Sequence record: PV764602.1
Length of the DNA: 64,000 nt
Direction: 5' to 3' (one strand)
In this document: in pieces, positions 8,832 to 17,026 of the stretch
How positions within the stretch are numbered: the stretch's first letter is position 1
How the letters are laid out: every line of letters begins with the position of its first letter
Program-made: the position numbers and the translations under genes
Notes under the pieces: generated by a model
What the model saw: only the letters and a program-made list of their open reading frames with translations
Database searches by the model: none
Told to the model about the DNA's origin: nothing

Positions 8832-10223
8832 ATGTGGATCACCCCTCAGAATCAAACTCTTGATGACACGTTCGATCCATACTTTCCGGGTACAACTCGG
8901 TGGTATGGTTACACCGGCATCCTCATCAACAATACGCAAGACACCTACGATCGGTACGCTCCTTTGCAGTATGGCAGGCAAGCTCCATCCACGGCGATCC
9001 TTGCGCAGAATCAGGTAGACCTGAATCAGATTTACGCAGCCCGAGGTACAGCCGGCTACCTGCAAGGTATCTCTATCCCAAATTGCTACGTGGGCTGCTC
9101 TGGCGTTACCATCAACGATCTTCTCGCTGCTCGATGCACCATCATCATCAAGAACGACGGTACGTGGCAGCAGTGGTTCTATTCCACCAACTACAAGACG
9201 GATAGCCCGGGTGCATATGCACCTCCTAATCGTGGCATCCCTCGAACCGAAACCAACTTCAGCAACGGACGCATGAACGCCGCCGGTAACTGGGCACAGA
9301 TTCCGTTCGCTGGTGTGGGTAACAACTACGAGACTTTCTGCCACGCTCCTTGGGCTCCATACGAAAGCAAGAACCCACCTGATCTAGATTGGGGTACTGC
9401 CGATCACTATAATCGGTATGATGCTGCACTCATCAACTATATCTGGCACAACTTTAAGGGCCAAGGACAGTTCGGTAGTGCTAGTGATCCATACGTGGTG
9501 CAGAACACTACACAGAACCCTAATGAAGACATTCCAGATGGTCGGGTATATCGCATCGACCGCGATATTCGGTTCACCCTTGGCTTGACTGCACAGGGAC
9601 GCAACAACGTTCGTTGGAACTACGATGACAACGGTGCTCTGTCATGGTACAACCGAGCCAACTTTTCGGTGTACATTCAGACACCCGGCGGCGGTCAGCG
9701 TGTAGGTGCCACCTGCCTTATGACCAATGAGATTCGTTGGAATGCGTGGAATTGGACGGGTGGTAGTGTCGGCGGCGGTGGTGGCGGTGGTGGCGGTGGT
9801 TGCGTTGCTGCTACCAGCTATGTTGACTTCCAAAAGACCGCAGGCACTGTTGAGGCAGGCGACTACCTCATGGGTATGACGGATGATCTGCAATTTATGG
9901 AGCTACACGTCCTGAGTGTGCGTCGTCAAGTGCAACCGTGTGTCCGACTCTACTCAAAGAGTGGCGTCACCCTTGTGTGCTCAAAGTCCACGCCGCTGAC
10001 CCTACAGAACGGAGATTGCGTGCTGGCAGGCGAAGCACGAGCAGGTATCAAGCTTCCGGTACGATTCTTCGCGGCTGATCCTGAGTGGGAAACCATCGTC
10101 AAGATCGAGGAGGTTGGCAACCGGGAAGTGATGCTCATCAACTGCGGTGGACAGAGCTATGCTGCCGGTGAGTTGCCGGGCCGCTATATCTACACCCACA
10201 ACAACAACCAGCAGAAGATGTGA
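8832..10223 (+). CDS. putative tail-tip adhesin with poly-Gly linker and C-terminal Hint domain
   Basis: Three N-terminal repeats ending DLNQIYAARGTA; G10 at 9771-9800, then CVAATSYV (block A, Cys at 9801) and IYTHN (block G, 10197-10202). Confidence 0.75.
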   Translation: MWITPQNQTLDDTFDPYFPGTTRWYGYTGILINNTQDTYDRYAPLQYGRQAPSTAILAQNQVDLNQIYAARGTAGYLQGISIPNCYVGCSGVTINDLLAARCTIIIKNDGTWQQWFYSTNYKTDSPGAYAPPNRGIPRTETNFSNGRMNAAGNWAQIPFAGVGNNYETFCHAPWAPYESKNPPDLDWGTADHYNRYDAALINYIWHNFKGQGQFGSASDPYVVQNTTQNPNEDIPDGRVYRIDRDIRFTLGLTAQGRNNVRWNYDDNGALSWYNRANFSVYIQTPGGGQRVGATCLMTNEIRWNAWNWTGGSVGGGGGGGGGGCVAATSYVDFQKTAGTVEAGDYLMGMTDDLQFMELHVLSVRRQVQPCVRLYSKSGVTLVCSKSTPLTLQNGDCVLAGEARAGIKLPVRFFAADPEWETIVKIEEVGNREVMLINCGGQSYAAGELPGRYIYTHNNNQQKM

Positions 10224-10642
10224 TGATTGGTTCTGACCAACTCTCAGAAGTAGGTGTACCTGTCGGAGAGCTCTCCATTGGGAGGACTCTCGACGTATAT
10301 GCGGTGGACGATCTACACTCGGTCATCCGCCTGAAAGGAACCGTCTCAAATCGGGTCCTGCGCAGTGCAGAAGTAGTAACCATCACAACTGCCTCCGGCG
10401 CTTCCGTTGTGGTGGCTGCCCAAAGTCGCCTCCCTGTCTATAGCGGACAGACAGCGCTGGCTAAGAATGTTGGTGCCAACATGATTGCTGTGATGGCCCC
10501 TAATGGCGCTTTTCGGTGGGAGCGGGTTGCCACCATCGAGGCTGGTACTGAGGCCGTAGTGGACCTCAAGTGTGAAGGCTACATAGTAGCCGGTAACGAT
10601 CCTAAAACCGGGCTAATCTTGGTGTCTGGATCGCTGCCGTGA
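10220..10642 (+). CDS. stand-alone degenerate Hint-like protein
   Basis: Aligns by eye with the upstream Hint domain (V.ITT.SG..V..S...LP; WE.V..IE.G...V.DL.C.G...AG) but lacks the catalytic Cys and HN. Confidence 0.6.
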   Translation: MMIGSDQLSEVGVPVGELSIGRTLDVYAVDDLHSVIRLKGTVSNRVLRSAEVVTITTASGASVVVAAQSRLPVYSGQTALAKNVGANMIAVMAPNGAFRWERVATIEAGTEAVVDLKCEGYIVAGNDPKTGLILVSGSLP

Positions 10643-10656
10643 CAGTCAATTTTACG

Positions 10657-10685
10657 TAAGGACATAAGGCTACGGATAGCAGCCT
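10657..10685 (+). promoter_or_regulatory. paired CsrA-like sites TAAGGACA and GCT-ACGGAT-AGC hairpin
   Basis: Two ANGGAY cores 14 nt apart in the leader of the 10722 gene. Confidence 0.5.
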
Positions 10686-10721
10686 CACATAAAGACACTT
10701 CCCAACAAATAAGGAACGATC

Positions 10722-11399
10722 ATGCAACTCCAGGTTCTTCTCTCCTCTGTCGAAGCTCTCAAGTACGTTGCCGGCCTGCGGCTGCCTGCTGTCAAGGCGT
10801 TCAAGGTCAGTTCATACCTGCAACGTGCTCAGGTCCATATTGACGCATGGCAGGCAACTGGCCGGACTCTGGCCCAGCGCCACTACGGCGAAGACCAGCA
10901 GCCGCTGTCTCCCGAAGACGCCGTACAGTTCAAGGCAGCCACTGACGAAGTGCTTGCTTCGGACGTCGAAGTCGATACTGTCAAGCTCCTGAGCTACCCG
11001 GCAGACTTCAAGGAGGAAAGTTTCATCCCCCTGAACATGGCCATCCTGTCTGAGCACTTTGTTGACGTTACCAAGCCCGAAGCTACTGGTGTCACTAAGA
11101 TTAGTCGGGGTAAGCTGATTGGTGCCTACATGTCCCTGCAACAGCTGGGTCAGCAGGAACTGCCGAAGGCCGTTGGCGAAAATTTGCTGTTCAACCTGAT
11201 GACGGTCCGAGACCTACTGAATTCGTTCTCGGAACGCGACGGTGAACTGACTAAGCAGGGCGATGCGAAGGCTCTGGAGGAATATCGTTCCGAGGAAGTG
11301 GAGGTCAACTTCTATCCCATCAACATCAATGCGTTTGGTGATGTTGAAGTGGCTCCGGCACTTCTCGTAGATGCCGCGTGGCTCATCACTGAGGAATGA
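10722..11399 (+). CDS. hypothetical protein with two tandem copies of a DUF1617-like domain
   Basis: Halves share L...LP.....L...L.......EVEV pattern; AAGGA RBS. Confidence 0.6.
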   Translation: MQLQVLLSSVEALKYVAGLRLPAVKAFKVSSYLQRAQVHIDAWQATGRTLAQRHYGEDQQPLSPEDAVQFKAATDEVLASDVEVDTVKLLSYPADFKEESFIPLNMAILSEHFVDVTKPEATGVTKISRGKLIGAYMSLQQLGQQELPKAVGENLLFNLMTVRDLLNSFSERDGELTKQGDAKALEEYRSEEVEVNFYPININAFGDVEVAPALLVDAAWLITEE

Positions 11400-11402
11400 T
11401 TC

Positions 11403-11948
11403 ATGGCTGAGTTTGACATTGCCTATAGGCAGCAGAACATCGAGTCGGATTTGATTGATGATCCTACTGACCCTGGGGCTGTGACAAACTATGGTTGGAA
11501 CCTTGGCTCCCTCCGCTTGGTGGGAGTCGAGGCCGACTACGAATTCGTCAAGAGTATGACGGCGGCAACTGCCAAGGAATTGTATCGTCAGTATTTCTGG
11601 CATCCACTTTGGACCGAACTCAAATGTCAGCAGGCGGCAAACAAGCTGTTTACCCTCGCTGTGACAACGTGTGCACCCAACAACTTCAACTTGGCTACTC
11701 GCTGTTTGCAGAGGGCCTTGTGGGCATCGGGCGCTTACGTGCATGAGGATGGAAAGCTTACAGAGGATGTAATAAGCGCGGCTAACGCCGTTGAGTGTTC
11801 GGCCCTAAGCTCTGCCATGCGTAGTGAAATGGCCTCCTACTACAGGACGCTTAACGCGGAGTATGAACTGAGGGTCAAGTACAAGCTGCCCGTGGTAGTC
11901 CCCGTGAATCGTTACATTCGCGTGTGGCTTCACAACTCCTATCGTTGA
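11403..11948 (+). CDS. glycoside hydrolase 108-like lysozyme (divergent)
   Basis: ESDLIDDPTDPGAVTNYG resembles GH108 EGGYxxxPxDPGGETxYG; LQRAL...DG peptidoglycan-binding segment. Confidence 0.75.
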   Translation: MAEFDIAYRQQNIESDLIDDPTDPGAVTNYGWNLGSLRLVGVEADYEFVKSMTAATAKELYRQYFWHPLWTELKCQQAANKLFTLAVTTCAPNNFNLATRCLQRALWASGAYVHEDGKLTEDVISAANAVECSALSSAMRSEMASYYRTLNAEYELRVKYKLPVVVPVNRYIRVWLHNSYR

Positions 11949-11958
11949 AGAGGATGGC

Positions 11959-12684
11959 ATGACCATGAGCACGGAAACCGTTCTGATCGGTCTTGGCTGT
12001 CTACCTGATAACGCTCAAGCCCTTGAGGGGGCGTGCATTCGGTACGGCATCGAGACTACGTGGCACAAGTCCATTTTCATCGGACAGATCGCTGTAGAAA
12101 CAGGTGGCTTCCGTGCCACCCGCGAAAGCATGAATTACAGCGTTGAAGGTCTTATCAATGGTTTTGGCCGTCACCGTATCAGTGTGGCGGACGCTCAGAA
12201 ATACGGGCGTATTGATAAGGTCGTGAACGGCAAGAAAACTGTTATCCGAGCAGCTAACCAAGTAGCCATCGCCAACATCCTGTACGGCGGTGAGTGGGGA
12301 CGCAAGAATTTGGGTAATACCGAGTTGAACGACGGATGGAATTTCAGGGGCGGCGGTGACAAGCAATTGACTGGCCGCGCTAATTGGACCAACTACAGCA
12401 TGGACACCTATGGTGACTTGCGTGTGCTGGAGAATCCTACTCTGATCGAACTCTATCCCGACAAGAGCTACACTGCTGGTTGGTTCTGGCAACGCAACAA
12501 GCTGGGTGACATTGCTTCGCAATATGTGCTCCCTGATGATCCCAAATCTCCGGAGTACGATTCCATCCTGCGTTCTACTGTTACGGTAGTTACCAAGAAG
12601 GTCAACGGCGGTGACAAGGGTTTGGAGGATCGCATCATGTGGACGAAAAAGGCCCTGCAAGGCTTCAATCAACTCGTACTGTGA
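11959..12684 (+). CDS. endolysin, glycoside hydrolase family 19
   Basis: FIGQIAVETGGF, DGWNFRGGGDKQLTGRANW, VTKKVNGG..GLEDR motifs. Confidence 0.9.
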   Translation: MTMSTETVLIGLGCLPDNAQALEGACIRYGIETTWHKSIFIGQIAVETGGFRATRESMNYSVEGLINGFGRHRISVADAQKYGRIDKVVNGKKTVIRAANQVAIANILYGGEWGRKNLGNTELNDGWNFRGGGDKQLTGRANWTNYSMDTYGDLRVLENPTLIELYPDKSYTAGWFWQRNKLGDIASQYVLPDDPKSPEYDSILRSTVTVVTKKVNGGDKGLEDRIMWTKKALQGFNQLVL

Positions 12685-12690
12685 CTAACG

Positions 12691-12720
12691 TGCTGGGAAC
12701 ATTAGTTCCCAGCATTCTTC
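12691..12720 (+). terminator. Rho-independent terminator
   Basis: TGCTGGGAAC-ATTA-GTTCCCAGCA followed by TTCTTC. Confidence 0.7.
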
Positions 12721-12736
12721 GTATAGGCCCCTGACT

Positions 12737-13102
12737 ATGAGAATTTTAGCCAATAGCACCAAGGTACGCGAAGGGGATTTCTCCAAGCTTCGTATCCCAA
12801 AAGCAAAGCAAGTCAAGGTGCACACGCATGACGCATGGCAGGGCCGAAAGAATCATCACCTGTCCTACGATTTTACTGCACCTAGCACTAGCATGCACCA
12901 TCAAGCAGTCGGGAAGGCCATCCATGAGCATCTTGCGTCTCATGGCCTGTCTCCACACAAACGCTCCAGTTCGGGCAACACGGTTACCATTGAGTACAGG
13001 CACCCATCGGGTCACCGCGCCGTTGTCAAGATGAAGCGTACAAAGCTCGCAGGCGATCCCAACCATCACGTGGAATTCGCCGTAGAGAAGACCGGTAACT
13101 AA
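12737..13102 (+). CDS. His-rich basic protein, homologous to modules of the 23416 protein
   Basis: AIHEHLASHGLSPH...EYRHPSGHRAVV resembles HIHTKLHEAGFQPH...YRDASGHEARV. Confidence 0.7.
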   Translation: MRILANSTKVREGDFSKLRIPKAKQVKVHTHDAWQGRKNHHLSYDFTAPSTSMHHQAVGKAIHEHLASHGLSPHKRSSSGNTVTIEYRHPSGHRAVVKMKRTKLAGDPNHHVEFAVEKTGN

Positions 13103-13122
13103 CACTTCAATGAGGTAACGTC

Positions 13123-13464
13123 ATGCCCTTGTGGTTGACTGCATGGTTTGCGAAAATGTGGGCCAAGTGCTCGCAGTATGTCATTGCCGCTGGCTCCATA
13201 TTGGCGGCAATTGCTGGTATCTTCCTGTACGGTCGCTTCAAGGGTAAGTCCGCCGCCGATGCAAAGCATGCGGAGCAGGATGCGAAACGAATTGAGGCTG
13301 AAACCAAGATCGTTGAGAAGATCGACCAAGCTCACGAATCTACCCGTGAGCAGGTCGAGGAAAAAATCGAGAAAATCCCTGCTCCAACTACGGATCCTAA
13401 CGAGACAGTTAGGGTGGGGGATGCACCTAAAGATTCGGCCGCAGGCAAATTGAGGGGCTGGTAA
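13123..13464 (+). CDS. inner-membrane spanin (Rz-like)
   Basis: N-terminal TM (YVIAAGSILAAIAGIFLYG) followed by a coiled coil; coupled to a lipoprotein gene. Confidence 0.8.
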   Translation: MPLWLTAWFAKMWAKCSQYVIAAGSILAAIAGIFLYGRFKGKSAADAKHAEQDAKRIEAETKIVEKIDQAHESTREQVEEKIEKIPAPTTDPNETVRVGDAPKDSAAGKLRGW

Positions 13465-13691
13465 TGAAAACTCTCCTGATTATCGCCATCGCCTTACTTG
13501 CAGGCTGCGCAACTACTCCACAAGTGGTGGCTCAAACCGACATTTGCGCTGGCTGGAAGGCCATCAAGGTCAACGAAAACGACGAATTCACGGATGGAAC
13601 TGCCAAGCAGATTCTAGCGCACAATTGTCAAGGCGCAGCCTTGAAGTGCTGGGCCTATCCGAGGAATGATCCCCAAATTTGTGAACGCTAA
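13464..13691 (+). CDS. outer-membrane spanin lipoprotein (Rz1-like)
   Basis: Lipobox LLAGC; additional Cys residues; TAATG overlap with the i-spanin. Confidence 0.8.
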   Translation: MKTLLIIAIALLAGCATTPQVVAQTDICAGWKAIKVNENDEFTDGTAKQILAHNCQGAALKCWAYPRNDPQICER

Positions 13692-13700
13692 GAGGTAACA

Positions 13701-16085
13701 ATGCCGCTGCCCACTTCCATCCAACCCATCATTGAGAATACTCCGGACATTCTCAAAGCATGTGTTGAAGTCTATCAGTCCATGTCTCTGCTACAGGACC
13801 GGGGCTTCATGTTCTTGAACGAGCAGATTGAATTGCTCACGTCTACGGGTCAGGTGGCACACGTCACCACTGCGTATGGTACTCAGGTTGAGTTGCCCAC
13901 GTATCATACTCTGGCAGCCACCTCGAACGCCTCTACGGAATTGGTGCAGCAGTTTCAGCGCCAAATCTACGACGTGTTCACTAGCAACAACCCGACGGTA
14001 ATCATTAGTGACGGTCTTGGTAACGACACTCAGGTGATCGGCTATCAGACCATGAACGACAAGGTTAACGCTACGTCGGACGTGGCTTCTATCGCCAACA
14101 CCAACGCGCTCAACGCGCTGGGTAAGGCCACCGAAGCGCTGAACCGTGTTACCAACTCCGAGCTCAACGCCAACGTGGCTTTGGCGAACGGCACACCACC
14201 CACCTATCAGACGCGTTCGGTTCTCGATACTGTTACGACGATGCAACGCAATAGTATCGCCTACGTGATCGCTGATCCGGTTCCCACCAACAACACCATC
14301 TACCAGTACAACGGTACTGCATGGACTCCTCAGTATGATCGGCTGCTGACCGCCCTAGGTAGTCCGCGTGGCTATCTGGCCCCACTCACGGGCGCTATCT
14401 ACCGTACCTATCAGAGCAAGCTAGAATCACTGGTTACTCCTGAAGACGTGGGGGCCAAGGGTGACGGCACTACTGATGACGGTCCCGCCTTCATCGCCGC
14501 CGCTGCGAACGGGCGCCTGATTGTGCTGTCCCCCAACAAGACCTACCGTATCACCTCCAACGCCACTGTAGGCAGCATCATGCCTAATGGCTCCAAGATT
14601 TCCATCGGTCCGGGCGCTACCCTGACTTTTGATGGCCTGATCGTGGACGATGCTACGGTTGTGTTTACGGGTGAGGGCAACGCCGTCAGCAGCACTAGCG
14701 TCTACAGCGTTGGCTGGTTCGCAGGTGATAGCTTTAACGCCAAGTGGCTCGCCATGAAGCGTGGTTTCACCCAGCAGGTAGTCAAGTACGTCACGCTGCC
14801 GATGCCGCACCGCACCGATCCTGCGGCAACTACCGCAGCTTCGGACGGTCAGGCACGTTGGAAGCTTACGGACTCTGTGGTCTTCAACAATACGGAATCT
14901 AACCTGATCGTCAATGCGCTGGGCGAATTCCTTGTGGACCAGTCCGCCTCGCTGTCGGCAGGTGCTTTCATCCTTGGCGAGCTGACTGCCCCCTCCAGCA
15001 TCAACTTCCCGAACGGCTTGCGCGTCCTGTGTAACGGTAGTGCAACTTATGGTCTGCGCGTTCGCGGCGGTAGCAGCATCAGTTTTGAAGAACTACTGGT
15101 TCTGGACAGTGCAACCAACTCCGGCATCCTGTGGGACAACTATAACGGCCCGAGTCATCGCATTAGCTTCGACCGCGTGCGTATCGACGGCTTTGGTGTG
15201 GCAGGCGTAACTATCCAGCCGCAGGGTGGCCCGAGCTATCCGAACCAATCGCCTCCGATCACTTCGTGTTCGATCAATTCGCTGCAAACGCGAGGCGGTC
15301 GTAGCGGCTGCACGAACTTCGTCAAGATCGCGGGTAACGTGGATGGCCTGACCATCACCAACGTCCTTGAAGATCGTCCGTCGGGTAGCCTGCTGTTCGA
15401 CTGGAGCGATTCCATGTTCTCGCTGACTAACACTCAGTACGGCACGATTGGTCGCTCCGGTTTGGAGATTGGTCACATTCAGGCGACCAGCACCCAGCTG
15501 CCCATCATCCGTGCGTTCGACAGCACTTCCGCTGCTGACCCTGCGAATGGCAAGATCACGTTCTCGGTAGAGCACATCTATCAGGCGTATCAGCAGAACA
15601 TCGTTCCGGTCATCATGGAATACTCGAAGAACTGCACCATCGGACGTATCAACGCAGGACGCCCCACCTCTAGTCAGGAAGTGCTTGTCCGTATCTTCCG
15701 CGACTGCGAGGGTATTTCTCTGACCGGTACACACTACACCGCTGTTCGTAGTCAGGCCCTGCGTACTCAGTTTGACGGACGCTTCGGCATGGTGGACGTG
15801 GTGCAGCAGAACTCTGCGATCTTCACGGATCTAAACACTGCGGCACTGACGTTCAAGTTTGACCTAATCTGCCTCACCTCCGCGTCTACTTACGCTTCGG
15901 GTTGGGCAGGCGCCAACGCTCTCGATATTCCCACGTCGCTGACCAAGAATATCAACGTTGCCCAGGGTCCGCTGGAAGGAACGACCGGCCCTGAAAGCAC
16001 CCTCAGCATCAGTGCTGCGGAAAACAAGTTCTTTGTGGAAAACCGAACCGGACAGAATCAGCTCGTTGCGGTTCTCATGTCCTAA
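13701..16085 (+). CDS. tailspike / polysaccharide depolymerase (beta-helix)
   Basis: VTPEDVGAKGDGTTDDGPAFIAA pectate-lyase-3-type start, then beta-helix-like repeats. Confidence 0.8.
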   Translation: MPLPTSIQPIIENTPDILKACVEVYQSMSLLQDRGFMFLNEQIELLTSTGQVAHVTTAYGTQVELPTYHTLAATSNASTELVQQFQRQIYDVFTSNNPTVIISDGLGNDTQVIGYQTMNDKVNATSDVASIANTNALNALGKATEALNRVTNSELNANVALANGTPPTYQTRSVLDTVTTMQRNSIAYVIADPVPTNNTIYQYNGTAWTPQYDRLLTALGSPRGYLAPLTGAIYRTYQSKLESLVTPEDVGAKGDGTTDDGPAFIAAAANGRLIVLSPNKTYRITSNATVGSIMPNGSKISIGPGATLTFDGLIVDDATVVFTGEGNAVSSTSVYSVGWFAGDSFNAKWLAMKRGFTQQVVKYVTLPMPHRTDPAATTAASDGQARWKLTDSVVFNNTESNLIVNALGEFLVDQSASLSAGAFILGELTAPSSINFPNGLRVLCNGSATYGLRVRGGSSISFEELLVLDSATNSGILWDNYNGPSHRISFDRVRIDGFGVAGVTIQPQGGPSYPNQSPPITSCSINSLQTRGGRSGCTNFVKIAGNVDGLTITNVLEDRPSGSLLFDWSDSMFSLTNTQYGTIGRSGLEIGHIQATSTQLPIIRAFDSTSAADPANGKITFSVEHIYQAYQQNIVPVIMEYSKNCTIGRINAGRPTSSQEVLVRIFRDCEGISLTGTHYTAVRSQALRTQFDGRFGMVDVVQQNSAIFTDLNTAALTFKFDLICLTSASTYASGWAGANALDIPTSLTKNINVAQGPLEGTTGPESTLSISAAENKFFVENRTGQNQLVAVLMS

Positions 16086-16091
16086 CGTGGT

Positions 16092-16116
16092 GGTCACATG
16101 GACGTGACCCTTTCTT
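16092..16116 (+). promoter_or_regulatory. CsrA/RsmA-like hairpin GGTCAC-ATGGAC-GTGACC
   Basis: ACATGGACGT is a perfect Rsm consensus in a 6-bp stem, just upstream of the lipoprotein RBS. Confidence 0.65.
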
Positions 16117-16126
16117 GAGGTGCACA

Positions 16127-16270
16127 ATGAAGCTATTGGTATTGATCGGAGTGCTAGCTCTGGCAGGCTGCAACTCGATGCCTACGCCGTCCAAGCCGCT
16201 GAACACTGGGGACGAAACGCAACCTCCTCCGGGTTGTGTGGAACTACGTAAGCAAGGAGGCAAGTGCTAA
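16127..16270 (+). CDS. 47-aa lipoprotein (absent from ORF track)
   Basis: Hand translation MKLLVLIGVLALAGCNSMPTPSKPLNTGDETQPPPGCVELRKQGGKC; lipobox LAGC; GAGG RBS. Confidence 0.8.
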   Translation: MKLLVLIGVLALAGCNSMPTPSKPLNTGDETQPPPGCVELRKQGGKC

Positions 16271-16692
16271 TGGCCCTGTCGGTACAAGATTACACGGCAC
16301 TGCGACGCATCCACTCCAAGGCAATGTCTGCCTTCAAGTATGTGTCGGACAAAACCAAATGGGGACTGGTAGAGTATTGGGAACCCGAGGACGTACTGTT
16401 CCCCGTAGGTGCTAGGTTTACGGGAGATTGCGAAGAATTCGCTAGAGTGTGCATGCAGGAAAGCATCAAGGCCGGTTACAAAGCACGGCTCGTTGCATGC
16501 CTTACTGAAGGTGGCGAAGGCCACTGCATCTGTGAGGTGGCGGATGAGGAAGAAACGGGATCGTTCTTCTTAGACAACCGCAAGACCAACATCGTTACCA
16601 AACTGGGATTGACTGGCTACAAGTTCTACAGCGTGTCGCCTTGGAATCCCCAATTTAGCGAGACTCGGCCGTGGAGGCTGGTCAAGGAGTAA
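16270..16692 (+). CDS. bacterial transglutaminase-like cysteine proteinase (BTLCP / LapG-like, peptidase C93)
   Basis: WGLVEYW, GDCEEFA, GEGHC and LDNR give the Cys-His-Asp triad; AAGGAGG RBS before ATG 16270. Confidence 0.85.
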   Translation: MALSVQDYTALRRIHSKAMSAFKYVSDKTKWGLVEYWEPEDVLFPVGARFTGDCEEFARVCMQESIKAGYKARLVACLTEGGEGHCICEVADEEETGSFFLDNRKTNIVTKLGLTGYKFYSVSPWNPQFSETRPWRLVKE

Positions 16693-16695
16693 GGT

Positions 16696-16914
16696 ATGTC
16701 GCTGGTTCCAACCAACACACCACGGCAAAAGATCGCTGCCAAATACAATCCTAGAATCACTAGGATTCGGAAGCAGAAAGCGCAACTGCGCAAGTCCTTG
16801 AAGAACGCCAATACGGCACAGCGCAAGGTCATCGGTAACAAGATTCTGGCCATGAGTAATCAGATCGCTTTGCTTACGGTACAGCGCAACCGCGAGTTGC
16901 AGCGCCTCCGATAA
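16696..16914 (+). CDS. small basic coiled-coil protein
   Basis: 72 aa, K/R-rich; AAGG RBS. Confidence 0.65.
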   Translation: MSLVPTNTPRQKIAAKYNPRITRIRKQKAQLRKSLKNANTAQRKVIGNKILAMSNQIALLTVQRNRELQRLR

Positions 16915-16924
16915 GCCAAAAGAA

Positions 16925-16960
16925 AAGGGCCACCCCTTTCGGAGCGGCCCTTATGTTGTT
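16925..16960 (+). terminator. Rho-independent terminator
   Basis: AAGGGCC...GGCCCTT followed by ATGTTGTT; A-tract upstream suggests it is bidirectional. Confidence 0.65.
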
Positions 16961-17026
16961 GGGTTGGACTGCAAGGATGCTAGTGTCCAGGAGTTAAGGG
17001 GAGCACGATGCTCCCCTTCTTTTTTA
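16951..17026 (+). ncRNA. candidate GGA-rich Csr/Rsm-type small RNA
   Basis: Non-coding gap with four GGA motifs, including GC-AAGGAT-GC, ending in a hairpin plus U-tract. Confidence 0.35.
16996..17025 (+). terminator. Rho-independent terminator (also ends the minus-strand island)
   Basis: AAGGGGAGCA-CGA-TGCTCCCCTT followed by CTTTTTT. Confidence 0.75.

Noticed and set aside
9771-9800. GGN microsatellite as a phase-variation tract
   Set aside because: Mixed GGC/GGT codons in frame; explained by the poly-Gly linker.
9801-10202. True splicing intein / mobile element
   Set aside because: No homing endonuclease; +1 residue is Asn; only a 6-aa C-extein; not in a conserved enzyme. Kept as a BIL/Hint finding.
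16252-16270. Programmed -1 frameshift fusing lipoprotein and BTLCP
   Set aside because: No slippery heptamer in the open window, and a strong AAGGAGG RBS supports independent initiation.
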